A stretch of 64,000 nucleotides of DNA. Source: Chloroflexota bacterium. GTDB lineage: Bacteria > Chloroflexota > UBA6077 > JACCZL01. The notes beneath the pieces are model-generated. The model did not search any database. It was not told where the DNA came from and saw only the letters and a program-made list of their open reading frames with translations. This document shows, piece after piece, positions 20,865 to 31,615 of this stretch (position 1 is the stretch's first letter; each line of letters starts with the position of its first letter). A program made the position numbers and the translations under genes. The stretch spans positions 151,840-215,839 of the forward strand of contig JADZEM010000187.1 of assembly GCA_020850535.1 (NCBI GenBank), written 5' to 3'.

Positions 20865-21896
20865 ATGGCGATCAAGGAGATGATCGTCAAGGTGGTGGAA
20901 GGCCGGTCCCTCCGCGAGACCGAGGCCGCTGCCGCCATGCTCGACATCGTGGAGGGGCTGGCGACGCCCTCGCAGATCGCGGCGTTCGTGACGGCGCTCC
21001 GCATGAAGGGGGAGACCGCCGAGGAGATCGCCGGGCTCGCGCGGATCATGCGCCGCTACGCCAACCGCGTCGAGGCCGACTCAGACGCCATCGACATCGT
21101 CGGGACCGGCGGCGACGGCGGCAACACGTTCAACATCTCGACCCTCTCGGCCATCGTGGTGGCGGCGGCCGGCGGGAAGGTCGCCAAGCACGGCAACCGT
21201 GGCATCACCAGCAAGTGCGGCGCGGCGGACATCCTCGAAGCGCTCGGGGTGGCGTTCGATCTGCCGCCAGACGGCGTCGCCGAGTGCGTGCGCCGGACCG
21301 GCTTCGGCTTCATGTTCGCGCCGCTGTACCATCCGGCCATGCGTCACGCCGTGGTGCCGCGCCGCGAGATCGGCGTGCGGACGGCGTTCAACCTGCTCGG
21401 CCCGATCACCAACCCGGCCGGCGTCACGTCCCAGGTGACGGGCGTGGCCGTTGGCCCGGTCGCGCCGATCATCGCCGAGGTGCTGCGGCTGCTCGGGTCG
21501 CGGCGGGCGCTGGTCGTCCACGGCAGCGACGGCCTGGACGAGCTGTCGATCTCGGCGCCGACGAAGGTCTACGACGTGGCCGATGGCGTCGTCAGCGACT
21601 ACGAGATCACCCCCGAGCGGATCGGGTTGCAGTCGCACCCGAGCGAGGCGATCCGGGGCGGCACCGTCGAGGCGAACCTGCGCTACGCCCAGTCGATCCT
21701 GGCCGGCGAGCGCGGGGCGGCCCGCGACGCCGTCCTGCTGAACGCCGCCGCCGGCATGGTGGTGGCCGGCCTCTCGGAGGACATGCGGCGCGGGGCGCTG
21801 CGAGCGGCCGAGGCCATCGACAGCGGCGCGGCCAGGGCCAAGCTCGACGAGGTGCGCGAGGTCTCGCAGTCGCTGAAGGGGGCGGTGCCAGCCTGA
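20865..21896 (+). CDS. trpD: anthranilate phosphoribosyltransferase
   Basis: IVGTGGDGGNTFNIST...KHGNRG signature. Confidence 0.9.
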   Translation: MAIKEMIVKVVEGRSLRETEAAAAMLDIVEGLATPSQIAAFVTALRMKGETAEEIAGLARIMRRYANRVEADSDAIDIVGTGGDGGNTFNISTLSAIVVAAAGGKVAKHGNRGITSKCGAADILEALGVAFDLPPDGVAECVRRTGFGFMFAPLYHPAMRHAVVPRREIGVRTAFNLLGPITNPAGVTSQVTGVAVGPVAPIIAEVLRLLGSRRALVVHGSDGLDELSISAPTKVYDVADGVVSDYEITPERIGLQSHPSEAIRGGTVEANLRYAQSILAGERGAARDAVLLNAAAGMVVAGLSEDMRRGALRAAEAIDSGAARAKLDEVREVSQSLKGAVPA

Positions 21897-22699
21897 TGAT
21901 CCTCGACGACATCCTCGCCAACAAACGCAACGAGGTTGCCGAGCGGCTGGCCCGCGTCCCGCAGGCGGAGCAGGCCGCCCGGGCGGCCGCCGCCGCGCCG
22001 GCCCGCGACTTCCTGGGGGCGCTGCGCCGGCCCGGCGTCTCGATCATCTCGGAGATCAAGCGGCAGTCGCCGGCCAAGGGCGCGCTGCGGCTCGACATGG
22101 ACGCCCCGACGATGGCCCGGACCTACGCGGCGGCCGGCACATCCTGCATCTCGGTCCTCACCGACGAGAAGTACTTCAAAGGCTCGGACGCCGACCTCAC
22201 CGCCGTGCGCGAGCGGGTCACCGTCCCGGTCCTGCGCAAGGACTTTGTCGTCTCGCCGTACCAGGTCTACGAGGCGCGGGCCATCGGCGCAGACTGCGTG
22301 CTCTTGATCGTCCTGGCGCTCACCCCCGACGAGATCGTCAGCACGAGCGCGCTGGCAACGTCGCTCGGGATGGCCGCGCTGGTGGAGGTCCACACCGAGG
22401 ACGAGTTGCGGATCGCCCTGGACTGCGGCTCGGAGCTGATCGGCATCAACAACCGCGATCTGACCCGCATGGTCACCGACGTAGCGACCACCGCGAAGCT
22501 GCGACCGCTGGTCCCGGCCGGCGTCACCCTCGTCAGCGAGAGTGGCATCCGGACCGCCGAGGACATCGCCATGCTGCGCGATCTCGGCGTTGATGCCGCC
22601 CTGATCGGCGAGTCGCTGGTCACGGCCCCGGACGCTGGCGACCTGCTGCGGAGCTTTCTGGCAGCCGGCGCACCGCTTCCCACCCGGACGCCCGCATGA
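21896..22699 (+). CDS. trpC: indole-3-glycerol phosphate synthase
   Basis: ISEIKRQSPAKG...ISVLTDEKYFKGS motifs. The ATG overlaps the trpD stop; the long N-terminal extension in the track ORF is rejected. Confidence 0.85.
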   Translation: MILDDILANKRNEVAERLARVPQAEQAARAAAAAPARDFLGALRRPGVSIISEIKRQSPAKGALRLDMDAPTMARTYAAAGTSCISVLTDEKYFKGSDADLTAVRERVTVPVLRKDFVVSPYQVYEARAIGADCVLLIVLALTPDEIVSTSALATSLGMAALVEVHTEDELRIALDCGSELIGINNRDLTRMVTDVATTAKLRPLVPAGVTLVSESGIRTAEDIAMLRDLGVDAALIGESLVTAPDAGDLLRSFLAAGAPLPTRTPA

Positions 22700-23323
22700 G
22701 CCGGACCCGCGTCAAGATCTGCGGCATCAAGACGGTCGAGCAGGCCGCCATGGCGCTGGAGGCTGGAGCCGACTTCCTCGGCTTCATTTTCTACCCGCCG
22801 AGCCATCGGTACGTCGCGCCGCGGACGGTGGGGGAGATCGTGGCGGCGGCGCGGTCGCGCTTCGGCGGGCCAGACCGCTGGCAGGCGGTCGGCGTCTTCG
22901 TCGACGAGCCGCTGGAGGTCGTCCAGTCAACCGTGCGAACGGCCGGGCTGGACTTCGCGCAGTTGTGCGGAGCAGAAGTTGCCGCCTACGCGGCTGCCGT
23001 CGGCTCACCGGTGATCCGCGTGGTGCACGTCGATGGCAGCGGCCAGCCGCAAGCCTCGACCGTCGCCGCCGACCACGGGGCTGCCCGCCTGCTGCTCGAC
23101 GCCAAGGCCGACGGCCAGTACGGCGGCACCGGCACGACCTATCCCTGGCCGGCCGTACGAGCCGCCGCCGCCGAGGCGTTCCTGGCCGGCGGCCTGACGC
23201 CCGGCAACGTGGCCGAGGCGATCGAGGCGACGCGCCCCTGGGCCGTGGACGTCAGCAGCGGCGTGGAGTCGTGCCGGGTGAAAGACCCGGACCTGATTCG
23301 CGCGTTCATCTCGGAGGTCAGAC

Positions 23324-24552
<1,229 letters not shown>

Positions 24553-24556
<4 letters not shown>

Positions 24557-25374
24557 GCGCCCAGAATCGGATCGACCGGGCCTTTGCCGGCCTCAAGCAG
24601 GAGGGGCGCATCGGGCTGTTCCCCTACCTGACGGCCGGCTACCCGGACCGGGCCGCCTGCGTGCGGCTGCTGCGGGTCATGGCCGACGCCGGCGCGGACG
24701 CGTTCGAGCTTGGCATCCCGTTCTCGGACCCGCTGGCCGACGGCGTCACGATGCAGATCACCAGCGCGAAGTCGCTGGCGCAGGGGACCACCCTGGCGGA
24801 CGCCTTCGACATCGTGGCCGAGTTCCGGCAGACGCACGACACGCCCATTGTGATGATGAGTTACGTCAATCCATTGATGGCCTACGGCTTCGAACGGCTC
24901 TGTGCGGACGCCGCGCGCATCGGCGTGGACGGATTCATCGTCCCCGATATGCCGCTGGAGGAGGCCGCCGAGCTGGCCGACGCCGCCCGGCAGCACGGCC
25001 TGCACTACGTCTACTTCCTGGCCCCGACCAGCGACGCCGGCCGGATCGAGGCGGTCGGCGGGCAGTCGAGCGGCTTCATCTACTGCGTGGCGCTCGTCGG
25101 CACCACCGGCGCTCGCTCGGAGCTGTCGGCGGAGCTGCCCGACTTCCTGGCTCGCGCCCGCGCCGCGACTGCGACGCCGCTGGTGGTCGGCTTCGGCATC
25201 TCGACGCCGGCCCACGTCGCGCGGCTGGTCGGGATGGCGGACGGGGCCATCGTGTCGAGCGCCATCGCCAACCTGATCGAAGCCACGCCACCCGAGCAGG
25301 TTGAGGCTGCCGTCGACGAATTCGTGCGCCAGCTGCGGGCCGCCACGGCCGGCACGACGGCGGCCACACGTTGA
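24553..25374 (+). CDS. trpA: tryptophan synthase alpha chain
   Basis: TrpA signature [11 protein letters not shown] / [13 protein letters not shown]. Confidence 0.9.
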
Positions 25375-25423
25375 CTCGCACCTGCGAGGAGGCCCTCACG
25401 CCCAGGCCGGCGAGTGCAAGACG

Positions 25424-26215
25424 GTGACCGTCAGCCGCCGACCGGCCCCGCCCGTCCTCCAGCTCGGCGAGTTCTCCGGGCCGCTCGACCTGCTGCTGAC
25501 GCTGGTCGAGCGGCGGCGGCTGCCCATCGCCGAGCTGAGCCTGGTGGCCGTCGCGGATCAGTATCTCGCGCAGGTGCGCTCGCTCAACGAGGTCGACCCG
25601 GACCTGCTCTCGGAGTTCCTGGCGATTGCCGCCCGCCTGCTCCTGCTAAAGTCGCGGTCGCTGCTGCCGGCCATCGAGCCGCCGGCCCCGCCCGAGCTGG
25701 CCGAGGAGACAGACGGCGCGGAGCTGGTGCGTCGGCTGGAGGCATACCGCTCGTTCAGGGCGCTGGCCGAGGCGCTCGGACGGCTCGACGCAGCCGGCCT
25801 CTCGTCGTACGGGCACGGCGCACACAAGCTTGATCTGCCGCCGGAGTCAGTCGCACTCCAGGCGATTGCCCCAGAGATTCTCCGCTCGCTCTACCTCGCC
25901 ATCGAGAAGCGGCGCAATCCCGGCACGGCTGACGAGGAGACCATCCGCCCGCGTATCAGCGTGGCCGAGCGGCTGTTCCTGCTGCGCGGCCTGCTCACCA
26001 CCGAGAAGCGCATCAACTGGCAGGCCGTCTGCGGCGAGACGGTTGACGAGATCGTGGCGACGCTGCTGGCGGTGCTGGAGCTGGTCCGGCGCGGCGAGAT
26101 AGTGATCGTACAGTCAGCCCTGTTCGGGCCGATCACGCTCGAAGCCGGCGACCAGCCGTCGATACCGGTCGGGGACGACGCTCTCCCCAGCGAGTCCGAG
26201 CTCGCGGGTCAGTAG
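25424..26215 (+). CDS. scpA: segregation and condensation protein A
   Basis: GEFSGPLDLLLTLVERRRL and EFLAIAARLLLLKSRSLLP kleisin ScpA motifs. Start codon uncertain: GTG 25424 chosen, because the ATG at 25301 overlaps trpA by 74 nt. Confidence 0.7.
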   Translation: MTVSRRPAPPVLQLGEFSGPLDLLLTLVERRRLPIAELSLVAVADQYLAQVRSLNEVDPDLLSEFLAIAARLLLLKSRSLLPAIEPPAPPELAEETDGAELVRRLEAYRSFRALAEALGRLDAAGLSSYGHGAHKLDLPPESVALQAIAPEILRSLYLAIEKRRNPGTADEETIRPRISVAERLFLLRGLLTTEKRINWQAVCGETVDEIVATLLAVLELVRRGEIVIVQSALFGPITLEAGDQPSIPVGDDALPSESELAGQ

Positions 26216-27154
26216 GGTGTCATGCTCCTGGCGTAGGGCGCGAACGGCGCTCGGGCGCGCGCCATCGATGGCCGCCTGCCGTTCCCGCGCGAGAAACGTG
26301 CGGATGCGGTCGCATCCATACGCATCGCGGAGCATCTTCGGCGTCACCTTGCCGCTCGGTCGCACGCTCGCCTTTCGACCGCACGTCTCCACGATGAAGT
26401 CAACGCCGCGCGCACTCACGCCGAAGACGGCCTCACGACCGGCCACGCTGGCGTCGGCAAGCTGCTCGCGAAGGGCGGCGGCCAGCCGCACGGTCAGGGC
26501 CAGCGTCCGCTGCCGCACGCGCCCGGTTTGCCGCCGATGCCGGATATGCAGCCGTCCTGGGGACTCCACACCGTCCACAAACTCGACATCCTCGCAGCGG
26601 AGGGCCACGGCCTCGTCGCGCTTGAGGCCGGCGTCGATCAGGCACAGTACCAGCGCCTGCCAACTCGCCGTGTGGGCCGCCGCCACCACCTGCTCGACCT
26701 CCGCGGGCGTCAGCACCGACAGCTCGGGCGCGACGAAGCTCGGATACAGCAGCTCGGCTGACGGGTCGTGCTCCAGGTCGCCGGCGGCGTGCAACTGCCG
26801 AAAGAAGCCCTTGACGGTCGCCGTCTTCCGCCGCAAGGACGACGTGCTGTTCCCCTGCTGCCGCCCGAGCCACGCGAAGAAGCCGCGCAGATCGTCGGCG
26901 GTCACGCTGCCCAGCGTCAGCCGCCCGAGATACCGCGCCAGCTGCTGGAGATCGAGGCGGGTGCTGGCGACGGTATGCGCCGTCTTGCCGGCCTCGGTCA
27001 GGCTGTCAAGATAGGTTGTCAGAGCGTCGTGCAACGTCCACCGCGCAAGAGCGTACCTGGGAACAGCGCCTGCATCCCTTGCGTCCCTCCCATCATTCCG
27101 AGCGGAGTGGGCCTGCGAACGCAGTCGAGGGATCTTCCCCTTCGATTCGCTCAT
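26114..27154 (-). CDS. divergent tyrosine-recombinase/phage-integrase family protein (SAM-like core-binding domain plus degenerate catalytic domain)
   Basis: N-terminal LHDALTTYLDSL...FFAWL integrase SAM-like domain and a downstream Arg-containing catalytic-domain pattern. The canonical HxxR/H/Y spacing is not conserved (KMLRD...H...Y). The ATG at 27154 lies inside repeat copy C, and the 3' end overlaps scpA by about 100 nt. Confidence 0.5.
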   Translation of the reverse strand: MSESKGKIPRLRSQAHSARNDGRDARDAGAVPRYALARWTLHDALTTYLDSLTEAGKTAHTVASTRLDLQQLARYLGRLTLGSVTADDLRGFFAWLGRQQGNSTSSLRRKTATVKGFFRQLHAAGDLEHDPSAELLYPSFVAPELSVLTPAEVEQVVAAAHTASWQALVLCLIDAGLKRDEAVALRCEDVEFVDGVESPGRLHIRHRRQTGRVRQRTLALTVRLAAALREQLADASVAGREAVFGVSARGVDFIVETCGRKASVRPSGKVTPKMLRDAYGCDRIRTFLARERQAAIDGARPSAVRALRQEHDTLLTRELGLAGESVVPDRYRRLVAGFERDRPEQG

Positions 27155-27325
27155 CTTTGTCTGAGGAAGATCCCTCCACGTCGCTCGTGCCTCGCTTCGG
27201 TCGGGATGACAATGGCAGGCGCTCGTGCCTCGCTTCGGTCGGGATGACAACGGCACGCACTCGTGCCTCGCCGCGGTCGGGATGACAACGGCACGCACTC
27301 GTGCCTCGCTTCGGTCGGGATGACG
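27090..27325. repeat. imperfect-palindromic intergenic repeat element, family copy C, with a 4 x 38-bp tandem array of the right terminus
   Basis: Left arm cctgcgaacgcagtcgagggatcttcc is the reverse complement of the right arm of copy A. The unit ctcgtgcctcgcttcggtcgggatgac(aaYggcaSgcR) is repeated at 27184, 27222, 27260 and 27298. Confidence 0.7.
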
Positions 27326-27366
27326 CACCAGGGATCGTACGCGCGCCCCAGGCAGCGCCACAACCG

Positions 27367-28782
27367 CTACGCTGTGCTGCCCAGGCTCAGGCTGGCGAGG
27401 TCGGACGCCGTCCGACCCAGCGCGATCCGCACGCCCGTCTGCTCCTCGATCCCCTCCACGCTCCACTCGTCCAGCGTGCGGTTCCCCTCGAAGCCGAAGG
27501 CGTTGCGCGGCAGAATCGCCAGATCGGCCGGCGACTCCCGCAGCACCCGCACGATGTCCACGCCGCTCATCAGGCCTGACACGGTGATCGACGCGCCGAA
27601 CAGGGTGTTTTCGACCACGCACACCCGGACGGACAGCCCATCGACGGCGCTCATCTCCTCGCCGATCTGGCGCAACGCCGGCGCTGCCGCCCGACCGCAC
27701 AACCACGCCACCGTCCGCGCCGGCTCGACGCTGGCCGGCAGGCGGCGACGGGATCGACGCCAGTCCGCCAGCATCACGCGAGTCAGCCCGACGCCATTCT
27801 GAATCTGCGGGAAATCCTCGTAGTAGGCCGCCCCCGGCAGCTTGCGCCCGGCCAGCAGGAACAGCTCATCGCTCGGGAAGATCAGGCCGCTGCCGTGTTC
27901 GCGCTTGAAGCGCCGACGCAGCCGCGCGATCCGGTCCAGCGTGTCGGCGGCGTCGGCTGGGGTGACAGGCCGCAGCGTGCGGACCCGCAGATGATCGCTG
28001 ATGCCGACCGGTACGACGGCCATGGACGCCACCACGCCGTCGAGGGCGGCAAGCTCCGTGGCCGTCTGCTCCAGCACCTCACCATCGTTCAGGCCCGGGC
28101 AGAGCACGATCTGGACGTGGACCTGGATGCCGGCCCTCCCAAGCCACTGCAATTGGGGAAGGATCGGGGCAGCCCCGGGATGCTCCAACAGCCGGGCGCG
28201 CAGGTCCGGGTCCGTGGCATGGACCGACACGCGCAACGGCGTCAATCGCTGGAACGCGATCCGGTGCCAATCCTCCTCGGCGAGGTTGGTCAGCGTGACG
28301 AAGCTGCCGAACAGAAACGAGTAGCGGTAGTCGTCGTCGCGGACGTACAGCGAGCGCCGCAGCCCCTTCGGCAGGCCCCGAATGAAGCAGAACTCGCAGT
28401 TGTTGATGCACTGCCGCAGGCCGTCGAAGGTCGGCTGCTCGAAGTCCACGCCCAGGTCGAGGTCGTCCTCGTCCAGACGGACCCGCTTGACCAGCGGCAC
28501 GCCATCCCGCTCCAGGTCGAGCACCACCCGCGCACTGTCCTGCACGGCGATCCGCACGTCGGTCAGGTCGCGCGGCACGACGCCGTCGATGGCGATCAGA
28601 CGATCCCCCGCCTGCACGCCAGCGCGGCCAGCCGGGCCGTCCGGCCGCACACTGACGATGACCGCGCCCACGGCGTTGACCGGCCGGCGCTGGTCGCGGT
28701 CGATGATGACGCCGAACGCCAGGCGCGACGGCGACGCCGCCGCGCCGTCGCCCTCCCCGAGCAGCGGGATCGGCAGGCTCAC
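27367..28782 (-). CDS. PDZ-domain / radical SAM (CxxxCxxC) protein of the DUF512 family
   Basis: CINNCEFCFIRGLP radical-SAM cysteine triad; N-terminal PDZ-like region (GAVIVSVRPDGPAGRAGVQAGDRLIAIDG). Confidence 0.7.
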   Translation of the reverse strand: MSLPIPLLGEGDGAAASPSRLAFGVIIDRDQRRPVNAVGAVIVSVRPDGPAGRAGVQAGDRLIAIDGVVPRDLTDVRIAVQDSARVVLDLERDGVPLVKRVRLDEDDLDLGVDFEQPTFDGLRQCINNCEFCFIRGLPKGLRRSLYVRDDDYRYSFLFGSFVTLTNLAEEDWHRIAFQRLTPLRVSVHATDPDLRARLLEHPGAAPILPQLQWLGRAGIQVHVQIVLCPGLNDGEVLEQTATELAALDGVVASMAVVPVGISDHLRVRTLRPVTPADAADTLDRIARLRRRFKREHGSGLIFPSDELFLLAGRKLPGAAYYEDFPQIQNGVGLTRVMLADWRRSRRRLPASVEPARTVAWLCGRAAAPALRQIGEEMSAVDGLSVRVCVVENTLFGASITVSGLMSGVDIVRVLRESPADLAILPRNAFGFEGNRTLDEWSVEGIEEQTGVRIALGRTASDLASLSLGSTA

Positions 28783-29486
28783 CGCCCGGCCTCAGCCGCC
28801 CGCGGCGTCGCGACGCGCTCGGTCAGCAGCTCGCGGATCAGCCTCACCACCTGCTCGATGCTCTTGCCGTCCGAGTCGATCTCCACGGCATCGTCGGCCT
28901 TGACCATCGGCGCGATGGCCCGCGAGGCGTCCTTGCGGTCGCGCTCGACGATGGCAGCCTCCATCTCGCCCAGTCGATCGGGCGCACCGCCGACCTGGAC
29001 CAGCCGCCGGTGGGCGCGCTCGGCCGGGCTGGCCGTCAGGTAGATCTTGAGATCGGCATCGGGGCAGACCACGGTGCCGATGTCGCGGCCGGCCAGGATT
29101 GTGCCGACGCCCTGCACCTGTCGTCGCTGAAGATCGATCAGCCCGGCCCGCACGGCTGGCGAGGCCGCCACCCGCGACACGACGGCATCGACCTCCGGAG
29201 TCCGAATGGCGTGGCTGATGTCCCGCCCGTGCAGCAGCACGTCGATCTGGCGTCCGTCCTCGACGCTGGCTGGCCGCACCTGGATGTCGATCTCGCCCAC
29301 CAGCTGCCCCAGCCGCGTCTCGTCAGAGAGATCGACGCCCTCCTCCAGGCACCGCACGGACACGGCCCGGTACAGCGCGCCGGTGTCGAAGTAGAAGTAG
29401 CCAAGCTCGTTCGCCAGCAACTCGGCCACGGTGCTCTTGCCGGCCCCAGCCGGGCCGTCGATGGCCAGCACGATTGGTCTGTTCAA
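28779..29486 (-). CDS. cmk: cytidylate kinase
   Basis: IAIDGPAGAGKST P-loop and Cmk layout. TTG start at 29486 is preceded by GAGGAA and overlaps the rluB stop (TTGA). Confidence 0.8.
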   Translation of the reverse strand: MNRPIVLAIDGPAGAGKSTVAELLANELGYFYFDTGALYRAVSVRCLEEGVDLSDETRLGQLVGEIDIQVRPASVEDGRQIDVLLHGRDISHAIRTPEVDAVVSRVAASPAVRAGLIDLQRRQVQGVGTILAGRDIGTVVCPDADLKIYLTASPAERAHRRLVQVGGAPDRLGEMEAAIVERDRKDASRAIAPMVKADDAVEIDSDGKSIEQVVRLIRELLTERVATPRAAEAGR

Positions 29487-30205
29487 ACGCCGTTCCTCTG
29501 GAGCGCCGCCACTTCGGCTGGGCGCAAGTCTCGCCAGGCGCCGGTTGGCAGGTCGCCCAGCAAGAGTGTGCCGATTCTGACACGGATCAGGCGAATCACG
29601 TCCAGGCCGACCTCGGCCGCCATCCGCCGGATCTGCCGGTTCCGCCCCTCGTGCAGCACGACCCGCAGCCACGTTCCAGCCTCGCGACGCTCCTCAACGG
29701 TGAATCGTGCCGGGGCCGTACGCCGGCCGTCCAGCTCCACCCCGCGCGCCAACTGCCCGAGCAGCCGGTCTGGCACGTCGCCGCGCACGAACGCCCGGTA
29801 CTCCTTCTCGACGTCGTGGCGCGGGTGGGTCAGCATCATGGCAAGATCGCCGTCGTCGGTCAGGATCAGCAGCCCTTCGGAATCGTAGTCGAGGCGGCCG
29901 ACCGGGTAGAGCCGGCGGTCGAGGTCCGAGACGAGGTCGATCACCGTCCGGCGACCCTGCGGATCGCTGGCCGTCGAGACGACGCCGGTCGGCTTGTTCA
30001 GCGCCAGGTAGGTGTGGGCGGTCGGCGGCATCACTCGCCGGCCGTCCACTTCGACCCGGTCCTGGTCAGGATCGACCGACGTCCCCAGCTCCGAGACGAC
30101 GACCCCGTTCACCCAGACGCGGCCCGCGACGATGATCGCCTCGCTGGCCCGCCGCGAGGCCACGCCGCAGCGGGCAAGGTACTTCTGAAGCCGCTCGCGG
30201 CTCAC
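29483..30205 (-). CDS. rluB: rRNA pseudouridine synthase (RsuA/RluB family) with S4 domain
   Basis: N-terminal S4 RNA-binding (RLQKYLARCGVASRR) and catalytic YLALNKPTGVVST...GRLDYDSEGLL motifs. Confidence 0.85.
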   Translation of the reverse strand: MSRERLQKYLARCGVASRRASEAIIVAGRVWVNGVVVSELGTSVDPDQDRVEVDGRRVMPPTAHTYLALNKPTGVVSTASDPQGRRTVIDLVSDLDRRLYPVGRLDYDSEGLLILTDDGDLAMMLTHPRHDVEKEYRAFVRGDVPDRLLGQLARGVELDGRRTAPARFTVEERREAGTWLRVVLHEGRNRQIRRMAAEVGLDVIRLIRVRIGTLLLGDLPTGAWRDLRPAEVAALQRNGV

Positions 30206-30224
30206 GGGGACGCCTGCCTGCCAT

Positions 30225-31241
30225 TCACGGGGATGTCCGTTGCGCCGTGGCCGTCAGCGCCAGCCGCCCCGCCTGTCCGAGCGAGGCGGGCGCACCGTCG
30301 ACGCCGAGGTCGGCGCGCAGCATCGAGATGCGCGCCGCAGACGGGGACTGTGCCCTCTGGCGGACTGCAGGCCCGTCAGCCGCTCCGCCACGCCGACCCC
30401 ACCGCTCATCCGCGAAGGCGTAGTCCAGCAATGCCGCGGCCTCGTCGCCGTAGGCCGGGCTGTTCATCACCACCGCGATGGCCCGTCGGCCGTCGCGCTC
30501 GGCCGTCGCCACGAGGCAGCGCCCGGCGTTGTCGTCGAAGCCGGTCTTGATGCCGTCCACTCCCTCGTAGGTGCCAAGCAGCGGGTTGGTGCTGCGGAAC
30601 ACCCAGCGAGGCGGCCCTTCGACCACGTACCGTCCATGCCCGACGACCTCTCGGAGGGCCGGCTGCCGCATCAGGGTCCGCCCGATGATCGCCATGTCGT
30701 ACGCGGACGACAGGTGCCCGTCCTGATCGAGTCCGTGCGGGTTCTTGAACGTCGTGTGCTCGAGACCCAGCCGCCGGGCGAGGTCGTTCATCCAGCCGAC
30801 GAAGCGCTCGGTCGAGCCGTCGCCGGCCGTCTCGGCGATGGCGAGGGCGGCGTCGTTGCCGGAGTTGAGCAGCAGCCCGTAGAGGGCGTCGCCCAGCGCC
30901 AGCGAGTCGCCCGGCTCCAGCCCGATGACGACGGGCGTGACGTTGTAGGCGTGGCTCGGCCGCACCGGCCTGTCGAGCGGCGCGCGCTCGACGGCCACCA
31001 GGGCGGTCGCCATCTTGGTCAAACTGGCGGGCGCGAGGGGCGTCCGGGCGTCCCGCTCGTAGAGCACCGCCCCGGTCTCGGCGTCCACCACGATGGCCGC
31101 TCGCGCCCGGGACGCCGGGGCCGGCCGCTCCTGGGCAGCGGCCGGCAGCACGGAGGCGCACGCCAGCATCAGAGTAACCACGGCGGCAAGCACTGCCCGG
31201 AGGCTCTCACCCCCCGCCCCCCTCCGCTGCGCGGCCATCAC
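30225..31241 (-). CDS. D-alanyl-D-alanine carboxypeptidase (serine-type, PBP5/6-like)
   Basis: Signal peptide, SLTKM (SxxK), SGND (SxN) motifs. Confidence 0.8.
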   Translation of the reverse strand: MMAAQRRGAGGESLRAVLAAVVTLMLACASVLPAAAQERPAPASRARAAIVVDAETGAVLYERDARTPLAPASLTKMATALVAVERAPLDRPVRPSHAYNVTPVVIGLEPGDSLALGDALYGLLLNSGNDAALAIAETAGDGSTERFVGWMNDLARRLGLEHTTFKNPHGLDQDGHLSSAYDMAIIGRTLMRQPALREVVGHGRYVVEGPPRWVFRSTNPLLGTYEGVDGIKTGFDDNAGRCLVATAERDGRRAIAVVMNSPAYGDEAAALLDYAFADERWGRRGGAADGPAVRQRAQSPSAARISMLRADLGVDGAPASLGQAGRLALTATAQRTSP

Positions 31242-31600
31242 AGGTACGCCCCGCGCACGTGCGCCAGCCGCACGATCTGCCCGCTGCGCGCCAGCACAAT
31301 CGCCACCACGTCCACCCGCCAGGGCTGTTCCGGCTGTCCGACGCTGTCGGCGTACTGCTGCGCGAGGCGATCCAGGCGGCTCAGCTTGGCCGGCGTCACG
31401 GCCTCATCGGGAGTGGTCTCGTCGTCGCCGACGCGGGTCTTGACCTCGACCACCACCACCTCGCCGCCGTCCCGCGCAACGATGTCGATCTCGCCGGCCG
31501 GCAGCCGCACGTTCCGCGCGACGATCTCCAGCCCCGCCGCCGCAAGGTGCCGGGCCGCCAGCTCCTCACCGCGCATGCCGACGCCCCGTCGCTCATTCAT
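31238..31600 (-). CDS. YraN/UPF0102 family endonuclease-like protein
   Basis: GE(E)LAARHL...EIDIVARDG...VVEVK pattern; conserved position after rnhB. Confidence 0.75.
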   Translation of the reverse strand: MNERRGVGMRGEELAARHLAAAGLEIVARNVRLPAGEIDIVARDGGEVVVVEVKTRVGDDETTPDEAVTPAKLSRLDRLAQQYADSVGQPEQPWRVDVVAIVLARSGQIVRLAHVRGAYL

Positions 31601-31615
31601 GGCTCCGATTATGGC

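Noticed and set aside
25301-25423. ATG start of the scpA ORF at 25301
   Set aside because: It would overlap trpA by 74 nt in another frame, and the encoded N-terminus ([21 protein letters not shown]...) is low complexity. A GTG at 25424 just before the conserved GEFSGPLDLL block is more plausible, though unproven.
27184-27325. Possible mini-CRISPR array (27-nt repeat, 38-bp period)
   Set aside because: The 11-nt linkers are nearly identical to each other (no unique spacers). The units are part of the palindromic element terminus. There are no cas genes and no leader.
27155-27706. N-terminal about 180 codons of the 530-aa minus-strand ORF 26114-27706
   Set aside because: They run through the repeat element and its 38-bp tandem array. 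The translation is repetitive (HCHPDRSEAR x3) and has no homology, so the gene more plausibly starts at or after 27154.
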